Source: Candidatus Spongiisociaceae bacterium
GTDB lineage: Bacteria > Actinomycetota > Acidimicrobiia > Spongiisociales > Spongiisociaceae
Reading direction: 5' to 3'
Length of the DNA stretch: 64,000 nucleotides
Assembly (NCBI GenBank): GCA_965262915.1
Contig: OZ253564.1
Location: 1,536,001 to 1,600,000 of the forward strand
Numbering within the stretch: position 1 is the stretch's first letter; every line of letters begins with the position of its first letter. Below the pieces are notes generated by a model, which saw only the letters and a list, made by a program, of their open reading frames with translations, was not told the DNA's origin and searched no databases. A program made the position numbers and the translations under genes. This document shows positions 30,698 to 40,961 of the stretch, in pieces.

Positions 30698-32142
30698 GCT
30701 GGGATGCCGTGATCGGTCTGGAGACCCACGTCGAGTTGTCGACTGAGTCGAAGATGTTCTGCGGGTGCCCGGCCCGTTTCGACGCTGCTCCCAACACCAA
30801 CGTGTGCCCGGTCTGCCTCGGGCTCCCGGGAGCGCTGCCGGTGCCCAACCGGGAGGCGATCAACCGCATCATGAGGATCGGCCTGGCGCTCGACTGCTCG
30901 ATCACCCGGCGTCCGGTCTTCCATCGCAAGAACTACTTCTACGCCGACCTGCCCAAGAACTACCAGATCTCCCAGTTCGACCTGCCCGTATGCGTGGACG
31001 GGTACCTCGACGTGGGAGGCGACCACGCCGGGCGGGTGGGCATAGAACGGGTCCACCAGGAGGAGGACACCGGCAAGAGCACCCATGTGGGAGGAGATGG
31101 CCGGATCAGCGCCGCCGAGTACTCGCTGCTGGACTTCAACCGGTCGGGCGTGGCCCTCGTCGAGATCGTCACCCGGCCCGACATCCGGTCCGCCGCCCAG
31201 GCGAGGGCCTACGCCCAGGAGCTGCGGCTGCTCGTGGAGGCGCTCGGCGTGTCCGACGCCAAGCTGGAAGAGGGCTCGATCCGCTTCGACGCCAACGTCT
31301 CGCTACGTCCGGGTCCGGAAGCGCCTCTGGGGACGAAGGTCGAGGTCAAGAACATGAACTCCTTCCGGTCGCTCGAGAAGGCCATCGCATACGAGATCGA
31401 GCGGCAGACCGCTCACCTGACCCGGGGCGGCCACATCGTGATGGAGACCCGGCACTGGGACGAGGAGGCCGGCGTGACCCGTGGTGGGCGGGTCAAGGAG
31501 GGCAGCTCGGACTACCGCTACTTCCCCGACCCCGACCTGGTACCCATGGAGCTCGACCGGAAGTGGGAGGAGGAGATGGCGGCCCTGCTCCCCGAGTTGC
31601 CCGCCCAGCGGCGGTCCCGGTTCCAGGCGATGGGGATCGATCCGGCCCAGGCGGCCACACTGGCCGGTGCGGACCCTCACCTGCGGGGGCTCTTCGGGGA
31701 GGCGGTCGAGGCAGGCGCAGACCCTGTGCAGGCCGCCAACTGGGTCACCGGCGAGGTGGTGGCCACCCTGCGCCGTTCGGGCCGCTCCTCCCTGGAGGGG
31801 TCGCCTCTCACCGGTTCCGACCTGGCCCGTCTGCTGGCGATGATCGAAGGCGCGACCCTCTCCGGGTCGGCCGCCCGGGAGGTGCTGGCGGGGGTGATGG
31901 AAGGGGAGGGCTCTCCGGAGGAGGTGGCGACGACGCGGGATCTCCTCCAGATCTCGGATGCGAGCGTGCTGGAGTCGGCGGTCGCAGCCGTGATAGACGC
32001 CCATCCGCAGGAGTTTGCCCGCCTCCGGAAGGGCGAGCGCAAGCTGATCGGCTTCTTCGTAGGACGGGTGATGCGCCAGACCCGCGGCAAGGCCGACCCG
32101 AAGTTGGCGAGCACCCTCATAAGGGCCCGCGCCGGGCTCTGA
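30694..32142 (+). CDS. gatB: Asp/Glu-tRNA amidotransferase subunit B
   Basis: IGLETHVEL, RKNYFYADLPKNYQISQ, DYRYFPDPDL. Confidence 0.97.
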   Translation: MSWDAVIGLETHVELSTESKMFCGCPARFDAAPNTNVCPVCLGLPGALPVPNREAINRIMRIGLALDCSITRRPVFHRKNYFYADLPKNYQISQFDLPVCVDGYLDVGGDHAGRVGIERVHQEEDTGKSTHVGGDGRISAAEYSLLDFNRSGVALVEIVTRPDIRSAAQARAYAQELRLLVEALGVSDAKLEEGSIRFDANVSLRPGPEAPLGTKVEVKNMNSFRSLEKAIAYEIERQTAHLTRGGHIVMETRHWDEEAGVTRGGRVKEGSSDYRYFPDPDLVPMELDRKWEEEMAALLPELPAQRRSRFQAMGIDPAQAATLAGADPHLRGLFGEAVEAGADPVQAANWVTGEVVATLRRSGRSSLEGSPLTGSDLARLLAMIEGATLSGSAAREVLAGVMEGEGSPEEVATTRDLLQISDASVLESAVAAVIDAHPQEFARLRKGERKLIGFFVGRVMRQTRGKADPKLASTLIRARAGL

Positions 32143-32351
32143 GTGGGTAGGGCCGCGGCGGCTCAAAGCCGCACGGGTCGCCGTCGCTCTCCTGAGGGTG
32201 TGCGGATAGGTGCTCACCTGGGGAAACACCGAGTGCGACGGTTGATGAGTACAAGGGCGGTGACCAAGGGTTCTTCGAGCTGGAGCCGGGTAGGGTCTCT
32301 TGACAGGAGCGGTTACGGTCCGCCTATCCTCGCACCCTCTAAGCTGGGCGC

Positions 32352-32564
32352 GTGGCTGAGTCCTGGGATTCCTGGCTGGTCGAGATCGACCGGATCGTCG
32401 AACGGGTGAACGCATTCGTTCCGGTCGAGTTGGTGCTGGTGGTGGCGGTGGGCGCCACCGCGATGGTGGTGTGGTGGTTGATGCGAAAGCTGGGCCGTTT
32501 GGCCTTCTACGCCGGAGTGGTGGGGGTCATCGCGTGGTGGTGGTACTTCGGCATACCTGACTGA
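32352..32564 (+). CDS. Small membrane protein
   Basis: 70 aa with two hydrophobic helices. Confidence 0.55.
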   Translation: MAESWDSWLVEIDRIVERVNAFVPVELVLVVAVGATAMVVWWLMRKLGRLAFYAGVVGVIAWWWYFGIPD

Positions 32565-32580
32565 GACCGGCCGGCCGGTG

Positions 32581-33030
32581 TCAGCCCACGATTGCCTGGG
32601 CTGCCCAGGCCGCTGCCAGGCCCCAAGCTCCCGCCACTACGTCGTCAGCGGTGATCCCCCAACCCCCGGGCAGGCCTTCCGCTCTCCTCACCAAGGGGAA
32701 CCTCTTGGTGATGTCGGCGACCCGGAAGACCAGGAAACCGATCAGGGCCGGCCCGACCGACACGCCGATCGTGGCCAGAAAAGTCCCGGCCGCCTCGTCG
32801 ACCACCACCCAGCCGGGATCACCCTCTTCCGCGAACTGGTGGCTCGCCCACACCGAGAGCACGGTCACCACCACCGCCGCTGCGAGTTGGGCCACCCAAC
32901 CGACCCGGGCCAGCAGAAGGGCCGGTGCCAGAGCCACCAGCCCACCCACCGTTCCCGATCCTGCGTCCACCCCCCGCAAACGCCGGAGGATCAGCCCGCA
33001 CCCGAACCACGAAGCGATCAGCCGCGCCAT
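32581..33030 (-). CDS. pgpA: Phosphatidylglycerophosphatase A
   Basis: GTVG, DPGWVVVDE, FRVADITK, GITADDVVAG. Confidence 0.9.
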   Translation of the reverse strand: MARLIASWFGCGLILRRLRGVDAGSGTVGGLVALAPALLLARVGWVAQLAAAVVVTVLSVWASHQFAEEGDPGWVVVDEAAGTFLATIGVSVGPALIGFLVFRVADITKRFPLVRRAEGLPGGWGITADDVVAGAWGLAAAWAAQAIVG

Positions 33031-33106
33031 GCGATGAGGGTAGTTCGGCCCGATCCTCGCGCGCCGAGGGGAGGAGAGGGTCTCAGTGGCCGCTACGCTC
33101 GAATGC

Positions 33107-35049
33107 ATGCAGCCGGCCGACCTTGCACTGATCACGCGCGTGTCCGATCCTCAGATACATCCGGACGGCCGCCGGATCGCCTTCGTCGTGACCACCATCG
33201 ACCTTGGGGAGGACCGGTACCGGTCGGCGTTGTGGCTCTGGGACGGCGATGTGCGGCAGCTGACCTACGGTTCCAACGACTCGGCGCCACGCTGGTCGCC
33301 CGACGGCCGTACGTTGGCCTTCGTGCGGAAGGGGAGTGAGCGTAAGGACCCGACCCAGTTGGCCGTCATGCCCTCCGACGGCGGGGAGGCACAGGTGATC
33401 ACCGACTTCGAGTTGGGCGTGCGGGGTCCGATGTGGTCTCCCGACGGCGGCCTGCTGCTTGTCACGGCTACCGAATGGACCTCCGAGTGGGCAGGCTTCG
33501 ACAAGGACGAACGGGCCCGGCGACCCCGGAGAATCACCGGGTTCGACACCCGGCTGGACAACCGGGGCTGGCTGCACGACCGACGCGACTACGCGTACGT
33601 GATCGATCCGGGCGGCGGGGCGGCGCCCCGCCGAGTCGGGACTTCCGACGAGTCGGAGTCCGGTCCGTTGTGGTCACCGGACGGAGCCAACGGTCGGGCG
33701 GTCCTGGTCACCCAGCCGTGACCAACCGGAGGTCTCTCGAGAGCGGTTCCGAGGTGGTCGAAGTGGAAGTGGATGGGGGCGCGGAGACGATACGGGCGCG
33801 GCGGTCCGGTTACTACCTGGCGGATTACGACCCGCAGGGCGCGCTGCACGCGATCGGGAACCCCGGACCCGAATATCCCTACGTGTTCTCGCTGTGGCGG
33901 CTCGACGATCCGCCGGTTGACGTTACCGGCCACATAGACCGGAGCATCGACGGCTTCGCCACCCCGTCCGCCATCGACCGCCCCATCTGGCTGGATGAGG
34001 GTTTCCTCTGCGGGGTGATCGACCGGGGTCGGGGCCATGTGGCGGCCTTCGATGCACGCGGGCGCACCCGGACGGTGCTGGGCGGCGACCGCTATATCAC
34101 CGGAGTCTCGAGGTCCGCGTCCGGGAGGCTGGCTTTCACCGCCACCGACCCGACCTGTCCGGGCGAGTTGTACGAGCGGGGTCCCGATGGCGAGGAGTGC
34201 TGTCTGACCGACTTCAACGGGGAGTTCCGGTCCGGCGGTGGATTGGTCCGTCCCGGGTTCTCCACCGTCGAGAGCGCTCCGGGAGTGGAGGTGGACACCT
34301 GGGTCTACGTGCCGCATGGCGAGGGTCCGTTCCCGGTTCTGCTCAACATCCACGGCGGCCCGGCTTCGGAGTACGGGTTCTACTTCTTCGACGAGTTCCA
34401 GGTCTACGTCTCGGCCGGTTACGCGGTGGTGGCTTCCAACCCGCGCGGCTCGGAAGGGCGCGGTCACGACTGGCTGCGGGCGGTGACCGGCGACGGCTGG
34501 GGCCGGGTCGACATGGAGGACATCACCGCGGTTGTCGACCGGGCACTCGGGACCGACCCGCGCCTCGATCCGTCCCGGGTAGGGATCATGGGAGGTTCCT
34601 ACGGGGGGTTCCTGACCGCCTGGGCCATAGCCCGCGACGACCGCTACCGCTCAGCGGTGGTGGAGCGGGCCCTGATCGACTGGGAGTCGTTCGGGGGGAC
34701 CTCGGACATCAACCGTGACTTCGCCGGGCTGTACCTCGCTCCGGCCACGCCCGCCGATCACGAGGCGCTGTGGGAGGCCAGTCCCATCGCCGCCGCCGGC
34801 CGGATCACCACGCCCACCCTCATCATCCACTCGGAGAGCGACCTGCGCTGTCCGATCGGCCAAGCCGAGCAACTCTTCACGGCCCTTCTGCGAAACGGGA
34901 TCGACACCGAGATGGTCCGCTTCCCCGACGAGGGCCACGAACTGAGCCGCAGCGGGGCGCCCCGCCATCGTGTCGAGCGCTTCGAGCACATCCTCGCTTG
35001 GCACGCCCGCCACCTTGGGCAAGCCAGTTCCGGGAAGGCCGGTACCTGA
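33107..35049 (+). pseudogene. S9 family (acylaminoacyl/dipeptidyl) peptidase split by a frameshift near 33700-33725
   Basis: N-part has WSPDG propeller repeats and ends at TGA 33721; the C-part in another frame has IHGGP, GGSYGG, DLRCP, EGHE; true pseudogene or sequencing error. Confidence 0.85.
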
Positions 35050-35156
35050 GGGGCGGTCGGTACTGTGGAAGACAGCGACCTCCGGACAAGGCCTGATGGA
35101 GGGACTGGCGCGGCGGTGCCTGTCCGCGGATCGGCGAGCGCTCTAAGATGACATGC

Positions 35157-36068
35157 ATGGATACGGCGAGATACATCTGGATGGACGGACGGCTGGTGAA
35201 CTTCGAGGACGCCACGGTCCATGTACTTACTCACGCCCTGCACTACGGCACCGGAGTCTTCGAGGGTATCCGGGCCTACGAGGCTGCGGGGGGTACCGCC
35301 GTATTCCGCCTCCGGGAGCACATCGACCGGATGATTCGCTCCGCCAAGGCGTACCAGATGGACGTGGGGTACACCGCGGAGGAGCTGGTCGAGGCTTCCA
35401 AGGAAGTGGTGCGAGCCAACGAATTCAGATCGGCCTACATCCGCCCGATCGTGTTCCTCGGTCTCGGCGCTCTGGGTCTGGACCCGAGGAACGCCAAGGT
35501 CCAGGCCGCCATCATCACGTGGCAGTGGGGCGCATACCTGGGCGAGGAGGGGATCCGCAACGGTATCCGCGTCAAGGTCTCGTCCTGGCGGCGCTTCTCC
35601 CACGACGCCTTCCCCAACGCCAAGGCCACCGGGACCTACATCAACTCGATCCTGGCCAAGCGAGACGCGGTGGCCGACGGCTACGACGAGGCGCTGATGC
35701 TCAACTCCGACGGGGCCATCTCGGAGGGGTCCGGCGAGAACCTCTTCCTGATGCGGGACGGGGTCATCTACACGCCACCGCTGTCCGCCGGCTGCCTCGA
35801 CGGGGTGACGCGCAACTCCGTGATGACCCTGCTCTCCGACGACGGTTACCGCGTCGTCGAGAAAGTGATCCACCGTTCGGACCTCTACTACTGCGACGAG
35901 TTGTTCATGACCGGGACCGCCGCCGAGGTGACTCCCGTCCGCGAGGTGGACAACCGCCCGGTCGGACCCGGCCATCCCGGCCCGATCACCCGGAGAGCGC
36001 AGCAGATCTATGCCGATGCCTACAGTGGCAAGCTCGATGCCTACACGCACTGGCTCGACTACCTCTGA
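35157..36068 (+). CDS. ilvE: Branched-chain amino acid aminotransferase
   Basis: LHYGTGVFEGIRAY, EGSGENLF, LDGVTR, GTAAEVTP. Confidence 0.95.
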   Translation: MDTARYIWMDGRLVNFEDATVHVLTHALHYGTGVFEGIRAYEAAGGTAVFRLREHIDRMIRSAKAYQMDVGYTAEELVEASKEVVRANEFRSAYIRPIVFLGLGALGLDPRNAKVQAAIITWQWGAYLGEEGIRNGIRVKVSSWRRFSHDAFPNAKATGTYINSILAKRDAVADGYDEALMLNSDGAISEGSGENLFLMRDGVIYTPPLSAGCLDGVTRNSVMTLLSDDGYRVVEKVIHRSDLYYCDELFMTGTAAEVTPVREVDNRPVGPGHPGPITRRAQQIYADAYSGKLDAYTHWLDYL

Positions 36069-36134
36069 GAGCCTGTCCGGGAAGCTGGCCCGCCTGCTGT
36101 CCCGGCCGGGTTGGCAAGGCGCCTGGTCCACCTG

Positions 36135-36650
36135 ATGGGGCAGCAGCCGAACATCGAACTCGTGGCGGCCGAGCGTCCGGTGAAGGACCTGGAGCGGGCG
36201 GCCGAGCGCCGGTGGACACCGTGCCGCCCCGGAGAGATCACATCGCCGTCGGACATGCCCTCGGGAGGGTCGTTCGGGCGACCCGGCCCCGATACCGGGT
36301 GGGGACTGCGGATGATCAGGGCGGCTTCCTTCGACCGGGGTCGGCGGCCGCGCGACCTGGAGAACCTCCTGTGCGCCTTGGTGGGCGCCCGGGCCTCCCA
36401 CGCCCGCCGGGGACCGGCCCGCGAGGATGTGGAGGTGGCTCTGTCCCTGGTGGGTCTGGATGAAGGCTACACGGCGCTCGGTGGATCTCCCGACCGCCTG
36501 GAGCAGCGCCGGGAGAGATGGTTGGACGCGCTGGCCCACGATCCGTGGCCGGGCAGATCGGCGCTGGAGGCCGTCCCGACCGACCTGCTCACCGACACGC
36601 CCTCCCGGGTCCGGGCCCGCCTCCTGGCCGATCCCTCCCTGGTCGGCTGA
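36135..36650 (+). CDS. Hypothetical protein
   Basis: Fills the gap between ilvE and the FAH gene in the same orientation; GRPGPDTGW motif. Confidence 0.6.
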   Translation: MGQQPNIELVAAERPVKDLERAAERRWTPCRPGEITSPSDMPSGGSFGRPGPDTGWGLRMIRAASFDRGRRPRDLENLLCALVGARASHARRGPAREDVEVALSLVGLDEGYTALGGSPDRLEQRRERWLDALAHDPWPGRSALEAVPTDLLTDTPSRVRARLLADPSLVG

Positions 36651-36752
36651 GGTAACGGGCCGCCGTGGATACCTCGACCCCGGAAGTCGCACGCACGCCC
36701 CGCTCCGGGCGGCAGGAACCGCCCGCCCGGCCGGTTCCGTTGGGATGACCCG

Positions 36753-37514
36753 ATGAAGATCGTCCGGATGCAGACCCCGGAGGGGATCCGTTACGGCGGC
36801 GTGGAGCCGGAAGGGATCCGGATCTACGACGGGACGCCGTTCGTCGCCTGGCAACCGACCGAGGTGGTGATCGACTTCGGACAGGCCCGGCTGCTGGCGC
36901 CCGTGTTCCCCACCAAGGTGGTGGGTGTGGGTGGCAACTATCCGTTGCACGTCGAGGAGATGGGGCGTCGGTTCCCCGACCTGCCCAGCCTGTTCATCAA
37001 GCCCTCCACCTCCGTTATAGGACCCGGCAAGCCGATCGTGCTGCCCGCCCTGTCCGGCGAGGTACATCACGAGGCCGAGTTGGCGGTTGTCATCGGCAAG
37101 GTGGCCCGCAAGGTGGCGGTCGAGGACGCCTCCGGCGTGGTCCTCGGTTACACGGCCGGCAACGACGTGACCGCCCGGGATCTCCAGCGCGAGGACGGCC
37201 AGTCGACCAGGGCCAAAGGCTTCGACACTTTCTGCCCGCTCGGACCTGCCATCGAAACCGAGTACGACCCTCTCGAGGACTTCTCCCTGGAGTGCCGGGT
37301 CAACGGCGCCGTGCGGCAGGGTACGTCCATAAATGACATGATCTTCGGGGTCGCCGAGCTGATCGCTTTCGTGACATCGGTGATGACGCTGCTGCCCGGT
37401 GACGTGATCATGACCGGCACGCCTTCCGGGGTCGGGCCCGTCAGGCACGGCGACCTGGTCGAGGTCGTCCTGGAGGGGGTCGGCACGCTCTCGAACCCGG
37501 TGGTGGCCGAATGA
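36753..37514 (+). CDS. Fumarylacetoacetate hydrolase family protein
   Basis: HHEAELAVVIG, GNDVTARDLQ, KGFDTFCPLGP, GDVIMTGTP. Confidence 0.93.
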   Translation: MKIVRMQTPEGIRYGGVEPEGIRIYDGTPFVAWQPTEVVIDFGQARLLAPVFPTKVVGVGGNYPLHVEEMGRRFPDLPSLFIKPSTSVIGPGKPIVLPALSGEVHHEAELAVVIGKVARKVAVEDASGVVLGYTAGNDVTARDLQREDGQSTRAKGFDTFCPLGPAIETEYDPLEDFSLECRVNGAVRQGTSINDMIFGVAELIAFVTSVMTLLPGDVIMTGTPSGVGPVRHGDLVEVVLEGVGTLSNPVVAE

Positions 37515-38977
37515 TCTCCGGGCAGGTCCGCCTCCGCATCGCCCCTTCGCCCACGGGTTACCTGCACATAGGAAACGTCCGGGCGGCCCTCTTCAACTGG
37601 CTGTACGCCCGGCGTCACGGCGGCGTGTTCATCATCCGCATCGACGACACGGACCGGGCCCGCTCGGACGACCGCTACATCGAGGACGTCGTGGAGGGTT
37701 TCCGCTGGCTGGACCTGGATTGGGACGAAGGGGTCGAGGTGGGGGGTCCGCACGGAACCTACCGGCAGTCCGACCGTTTCGGGCGTTACCGGGCGGCGGC
37801 CGAGGCTCTGCTCGACAACGGCCGGGCCTACTACGACTTCCGCTCGGCGGAGGATCTGGAGGAACTGAGGGCCCGGGCCCGCCGGGAGAGGAAACCCCCC
37901 GGCTACTACATCCGGCGCCCTCCCGGCAGCGATCCCGCGGACCACCGGCGCCGCCTGGCGGCCGGGGAGCGGGGCGTGGTGCGTTTCTCGACACCGGGCC
38001 ATGCGGTGGGGTTCACCGACCTGGTCCGGGGCGAGGTCCGCTTCGAGGCGGACGCCATCGACGACTTCGTGATGCTCCGCTCGGACGGCTCCCCCACCTA
38101 CCACCTGGCCTCGACGGTGGACGACATCGACTACCGCATCACGCATGTGGCCCGCGGCGAGGACCTGCTCTCGTCGACCCCCAAGCACATCCTCCTGACC
38201 GAGGCGCTGGGGGGTGACCACCCGGTCTACGCCCACCTGCCGCTCCTGTTCGGTGCGGACGGGCGGAAGCTCTCCAAACGCCACGGCGACACCGCGCTCC
38301 GGGCCTACCGGGAGGGCGGGTACCTGGCTTCGGCGATGTTCAACTACCTGAGCCTGCTGGGCTGGTCGCTCGATGCCGACACCGAGATCTTCGGCCGGGA
38401 CGAGGCGGTCGCAGGCTTCGACCTGACCAATGTCCAGAAGAGCGCGGCGGTGTTCGACCCCGAGAAGCTGGGCTGGATGAACGGCGTATACATGCGGGCC
38501 ATGGCCCCCGAGACCTTTGTGAGCATTGCCGTCGACTCGGTCGAGGAGGACCTGGGTCGGGCTCTCGACGACGACGAGCGAGGCCGCCTGGCCGGTCTGG
38601 CGCCGCTGATACAGGAGCGGGCCAGGCTCACCACCGAGATCGGTCCCGCGGCGCGCTTCCTCTTCGCCGACATCACCTACGACGAGAAGGCCTGGCGCAA
38701 GGTCATGAAGGCCGACGCCGGTCGGGCCCTGGCCGCGGCCCGCGCAGCACTCGAAGCCATCGAGGACTGGACCACCGAGCGCATCGAACAAGCGCTGCGG
38801 GCCATGCTTGCCACCGAGAGCCTGAATCCCCGCAAGGGCTGGCAACCGATCCGGGTGGCGATCACCGGTTCCAACGTCTCACCACCCCTGTTCGAGAGCC
38901 TGGCCGCCCTCCCCCGAGATGTCGCCATCGCCAGGATCGTCGCAGCCTTGGAGCGTCTTGGCGGGACAGACGGTTGA
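37511..38977 (+). CDS. gltX: Glutamate--tRNA ligase
   Basis: APSPTG.LHIGN, RIDDTD, KLSKR. Confidence 0.96.
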   Translation: MISGQVRLRIAPSPTGYLHIGNVRAALFNWLYARRHGGVFIIRIDDTDRARSDDRYIEDVVEGFRWLDLDWDEGVEVGGPHGTYRQSDRFGRYRAAAEALLDNGRAYYDFRSAEDLEELRARARRERKPPGYYIRRPPGSDPADHRRRLAAGERGVVRFSTPGHAVGFTDLVRGEVRFEADAIDDFVMLRSDGSPTYHLASTVDDIDYRITHVARGEDLLSSTPKHILLTEALGGDHPVYAHLPLLFGADGRKLSKRHGDTALRAYREGGYLASAMFNYLSLLGWSLDADTEIFGRDEAVAGFDLTNVQKSAAVFDPEKLGWMNGVYMRAMAPETFVSIAVDSVEEDLGRALDDDERGRLAGLAPLIQERARLTTEIGPAARFLFADITYDEKAWRKVMKADAGRALAAARAALEAIEDWTTERIEQALRAMLATESLNPRKGWQPIRVAITGSNVSPPLFESLAALPRDVAIARIVAALERLGGTDG

Positions 38978-38997
38978 TCCGGCCAGACCGGTCGCGG

Positions 38998-39190
38998 TCA
39001 GAATCCTTTGAAGGGATCGACGGTCTCAGTGTCCGTCGATCCCTGTCCTGGGTTCAAGTCCCGATAGTAAGCCGGGTGCAGCCACCTTCAACAGTGGCTT
39101 CGATGATCATGGCATCCCATATTGAAATGACATTCGAGGATACCGCTTCAAGGGGCGCGCGATTCCGCGGCTAACAGCAGCTCCTTCATG
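38998..39190 (-). pseudogene. Degraded PIN-domain toxin remnant
   Basis: Minus strand reads ISIWDAMIIEATVEGGCTRL, then shifted DLNPGQ...VDPF*, typical of a PIN C-terminus; 5' boundary approximate. Confidence 0.6.
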
Positions 39191-39271
39191 CCAAAGGTTG
39201 GTGGCGAGTCGACTCCATCCTGAGCGGAGGTCACTGCTTCTTCCCGTGTTGGCCGATGCGGAAAGGACTTA

Positions 39272-40939
39272 TTAGTCCTGTTTGAGAACGATTCGTTGAT
39301 TAGCCGGAAACGGTCCTTTGAAGACCTGCTTGTCCCGTCCCGGCCACCACACGATGAACTCGTCTATCTGCTCGAAGTCGCCCAGGCCGAAATGCAACAC
39401 CTCCCAGGACTTGCCGGGCGAACCCGTCGAGCCATGGAGGACACGTCGGTCGAGAACCGCCCCGTCGATGCGCGCTTCTACCTCGGCGCCATAGGCGTAG
39501 CCCGAGCGGGGTTCGAGCGCAACGTGCATCCAGTTTCCGGCGTTCTCGGTGCGGTTCTCGAGCAGCCTGAAGGTCGCCGGGGACTGGTAGAACTGTACGA
39601 GGTCCAGGTCACCATCGCCGTCGTAGTCGGCCACGGCCGTCCCGCCCCCAGCCGGTCGCGGCCGCGAGTCAGGATCATCAATGTGCATGACCAGATCCAT
39701 CGTGTAGCCCGCCTGCTGGTCGGCCGTGAATATGAAGTCGGCCTGGCGCGGCGCGTCGGGTACCGTTTCTCCCAGGCTCATACTGATGAGGTCCTCCGGT
39801 GTGGAGAGGAGCGCCGAGTTGGTTACGAAGATGTCGAGGTACCCGTCGTGGTTGAAATCCTGAGCCTGGGGGGACCACGCCGAGTGGTAGAGGGTCGCCT
39901 CCCGAATCCCGGTCGACAGCGCTGCGTCTTCGAACGGGCCGTCGGGACGACCGAGCCAGAGCTGGTCCGGGCCTAGGTCCGCCACATAGAAGTCCCACAA
40001 TCCGTTTCGGTCGAAGTCAGCTATTGCATTGCCCATGCCGTGGTTGTACACCGCAAGACCTTCCCGAACCGCAATGTCCTCGAACTCCCCGGAGCCCTCC
40101 TGGTTGATGTACAGAGCGTTCGCGGCGAAGTCCTGCGTCATGAAGACGTCTAACCAGCCGTCACGGTCGTAGTCGATGAACGCGAAGCTGTGCACTGCGC
40201 CCGCGTCTCGGGCCCCCGGCGCCGGCTCGACCGCTTCCCACGAGCGGCCGTCGACATTACGGAACAGGAAAGTCGAGCTCCATTCGGTGGGGTGCAGGAG
40301 CGAGCATCCGTAATCGCTGTCCGTGAACTCGCAACTCTTCGGCTCGGGCAGCAGCGTATGACCACCGATGATGTCGAGATCGTGGTCACGGTCGAAGTCG
40401 AACAGGGCGATGGCCGGGATCCCGTAGGACTGTCCCAATTCGGGCTGCATCGGGGGCGTGACGCCCGTGAGTTCTTCGAACCGGAGGTTTCCCGCGCCCA
40501 TAAGGATCGTTACGGCCGGCGGCGCATGGCCGATCACGATGTCGACATTGCCGTCGCCGTCCAGGTCGCCTGTGGAGCATGACATCGCGATGAAGGTGGT
40601 GACCGGCTGGAGATGGTGGGCTACGAAGGTCCCATCGCCGTTGTTGAGGTGGATGTCGATGCCCGGGTCGATGCCCGGGTCGGTAATCGGTCCCAGCAGC
40701 AGATCCGGTCTTCCGTCCGCGTTGAAGTCATCGAAGACGATGCATCCGAAGTTCTTGTAGGAGAGCCCTGCGTCAAGCGTGACATCGATGAACTCGATGG
40801 GCTCTACCGGGTAATTGGGGGTGGCCAGGGTGTCGCTGGTGGCGTCGGCGCAGGCGACGATTGTCACGGCCATGGCGAGAAGCGAAACCGCCGGACGCCG
40901 CCAACCCGTACGCCATCCTCTGCTATGCGACGAGATCAC
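39272..40939 (-). CDS. FG-GAP repeat / ASPIC-UnbV (CRTAC1-like) lipoprotein
   Basis: Repeated D-x-D-x-D-G-x-x-D motifs (DFNADGRPD, DLDGDGNVD, DYDRDGWLD, DFNHDGYLD, DYDGDGDLD); C-terminal LHFGLG...WPG; lipobox IVAC; start uncertain (frame open to 41080). Confidence 0.88.
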   Translation of the reverse strand: MISSHSRGWRTGWRRPAVSLLAMAVTIVACADATSDTLATPNYPVEPIEFIDVTLDAGLSYKNFGCIVFDDFNADGRPDLLLGPITDPGIDPGIDIHLNNGDGTFVAHHLQPVTTFIAMSCSTGDLDGDGNVDIVIGHAPPAVTILMGAGNLRFEELTGVTPPMQPELGQSYGIPAIALFDFDRDHDLDIIGGHTLLPEPKSCEFTDSDYGCSLLHPTEWSSTFLFRNVDGRSWEAVEPAPGARDAGAVHSFAFIDYDRDGWLDVFMTQDFAANALYINQEGSGEFEDIAVREGLAVYNHGMGNAIADFDRNGLWDFYVADLGPDQLWLGRPDGPFEDAALSTGIREATLYHSAWSPQAQDFNHDGYLDIFVTNSALLSTPEDLISMSLGETVPDAPRQADFIFTADQQAGYTMDLVMHIDDPDSRPRPAGGGTAVADYDGDGDLDLVQFYQSPATFRLLENRTENAGNWMHVALEPRSGYAYGAEVEARIDGAVLDRRVLHGSTGSPGKSWEVLHFGLGDFEQIDEFIVWWPGRDKQVFKGPFPANQRIVLKQD

Positions 40940-40961
40940 AGCGAAAAGGCCGCGATCACAA

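Noticed and set aside
33719-33721. Selenocysteine or stop read-through at the S9 peptidase TGA
   Set aside because: The catalytic half is in a different frame, so read-through would not restore the protein.
34758-37448. 896-aa minus-strand ORF and similar long ORFs (4142..5626, 37148..38845, 13005..14792)
   Set aside because: These are antisense or alternate-frame shadows of well-supported genes, expected in high-GC DNA. Only the NifU tail of 13005..14792 is real.
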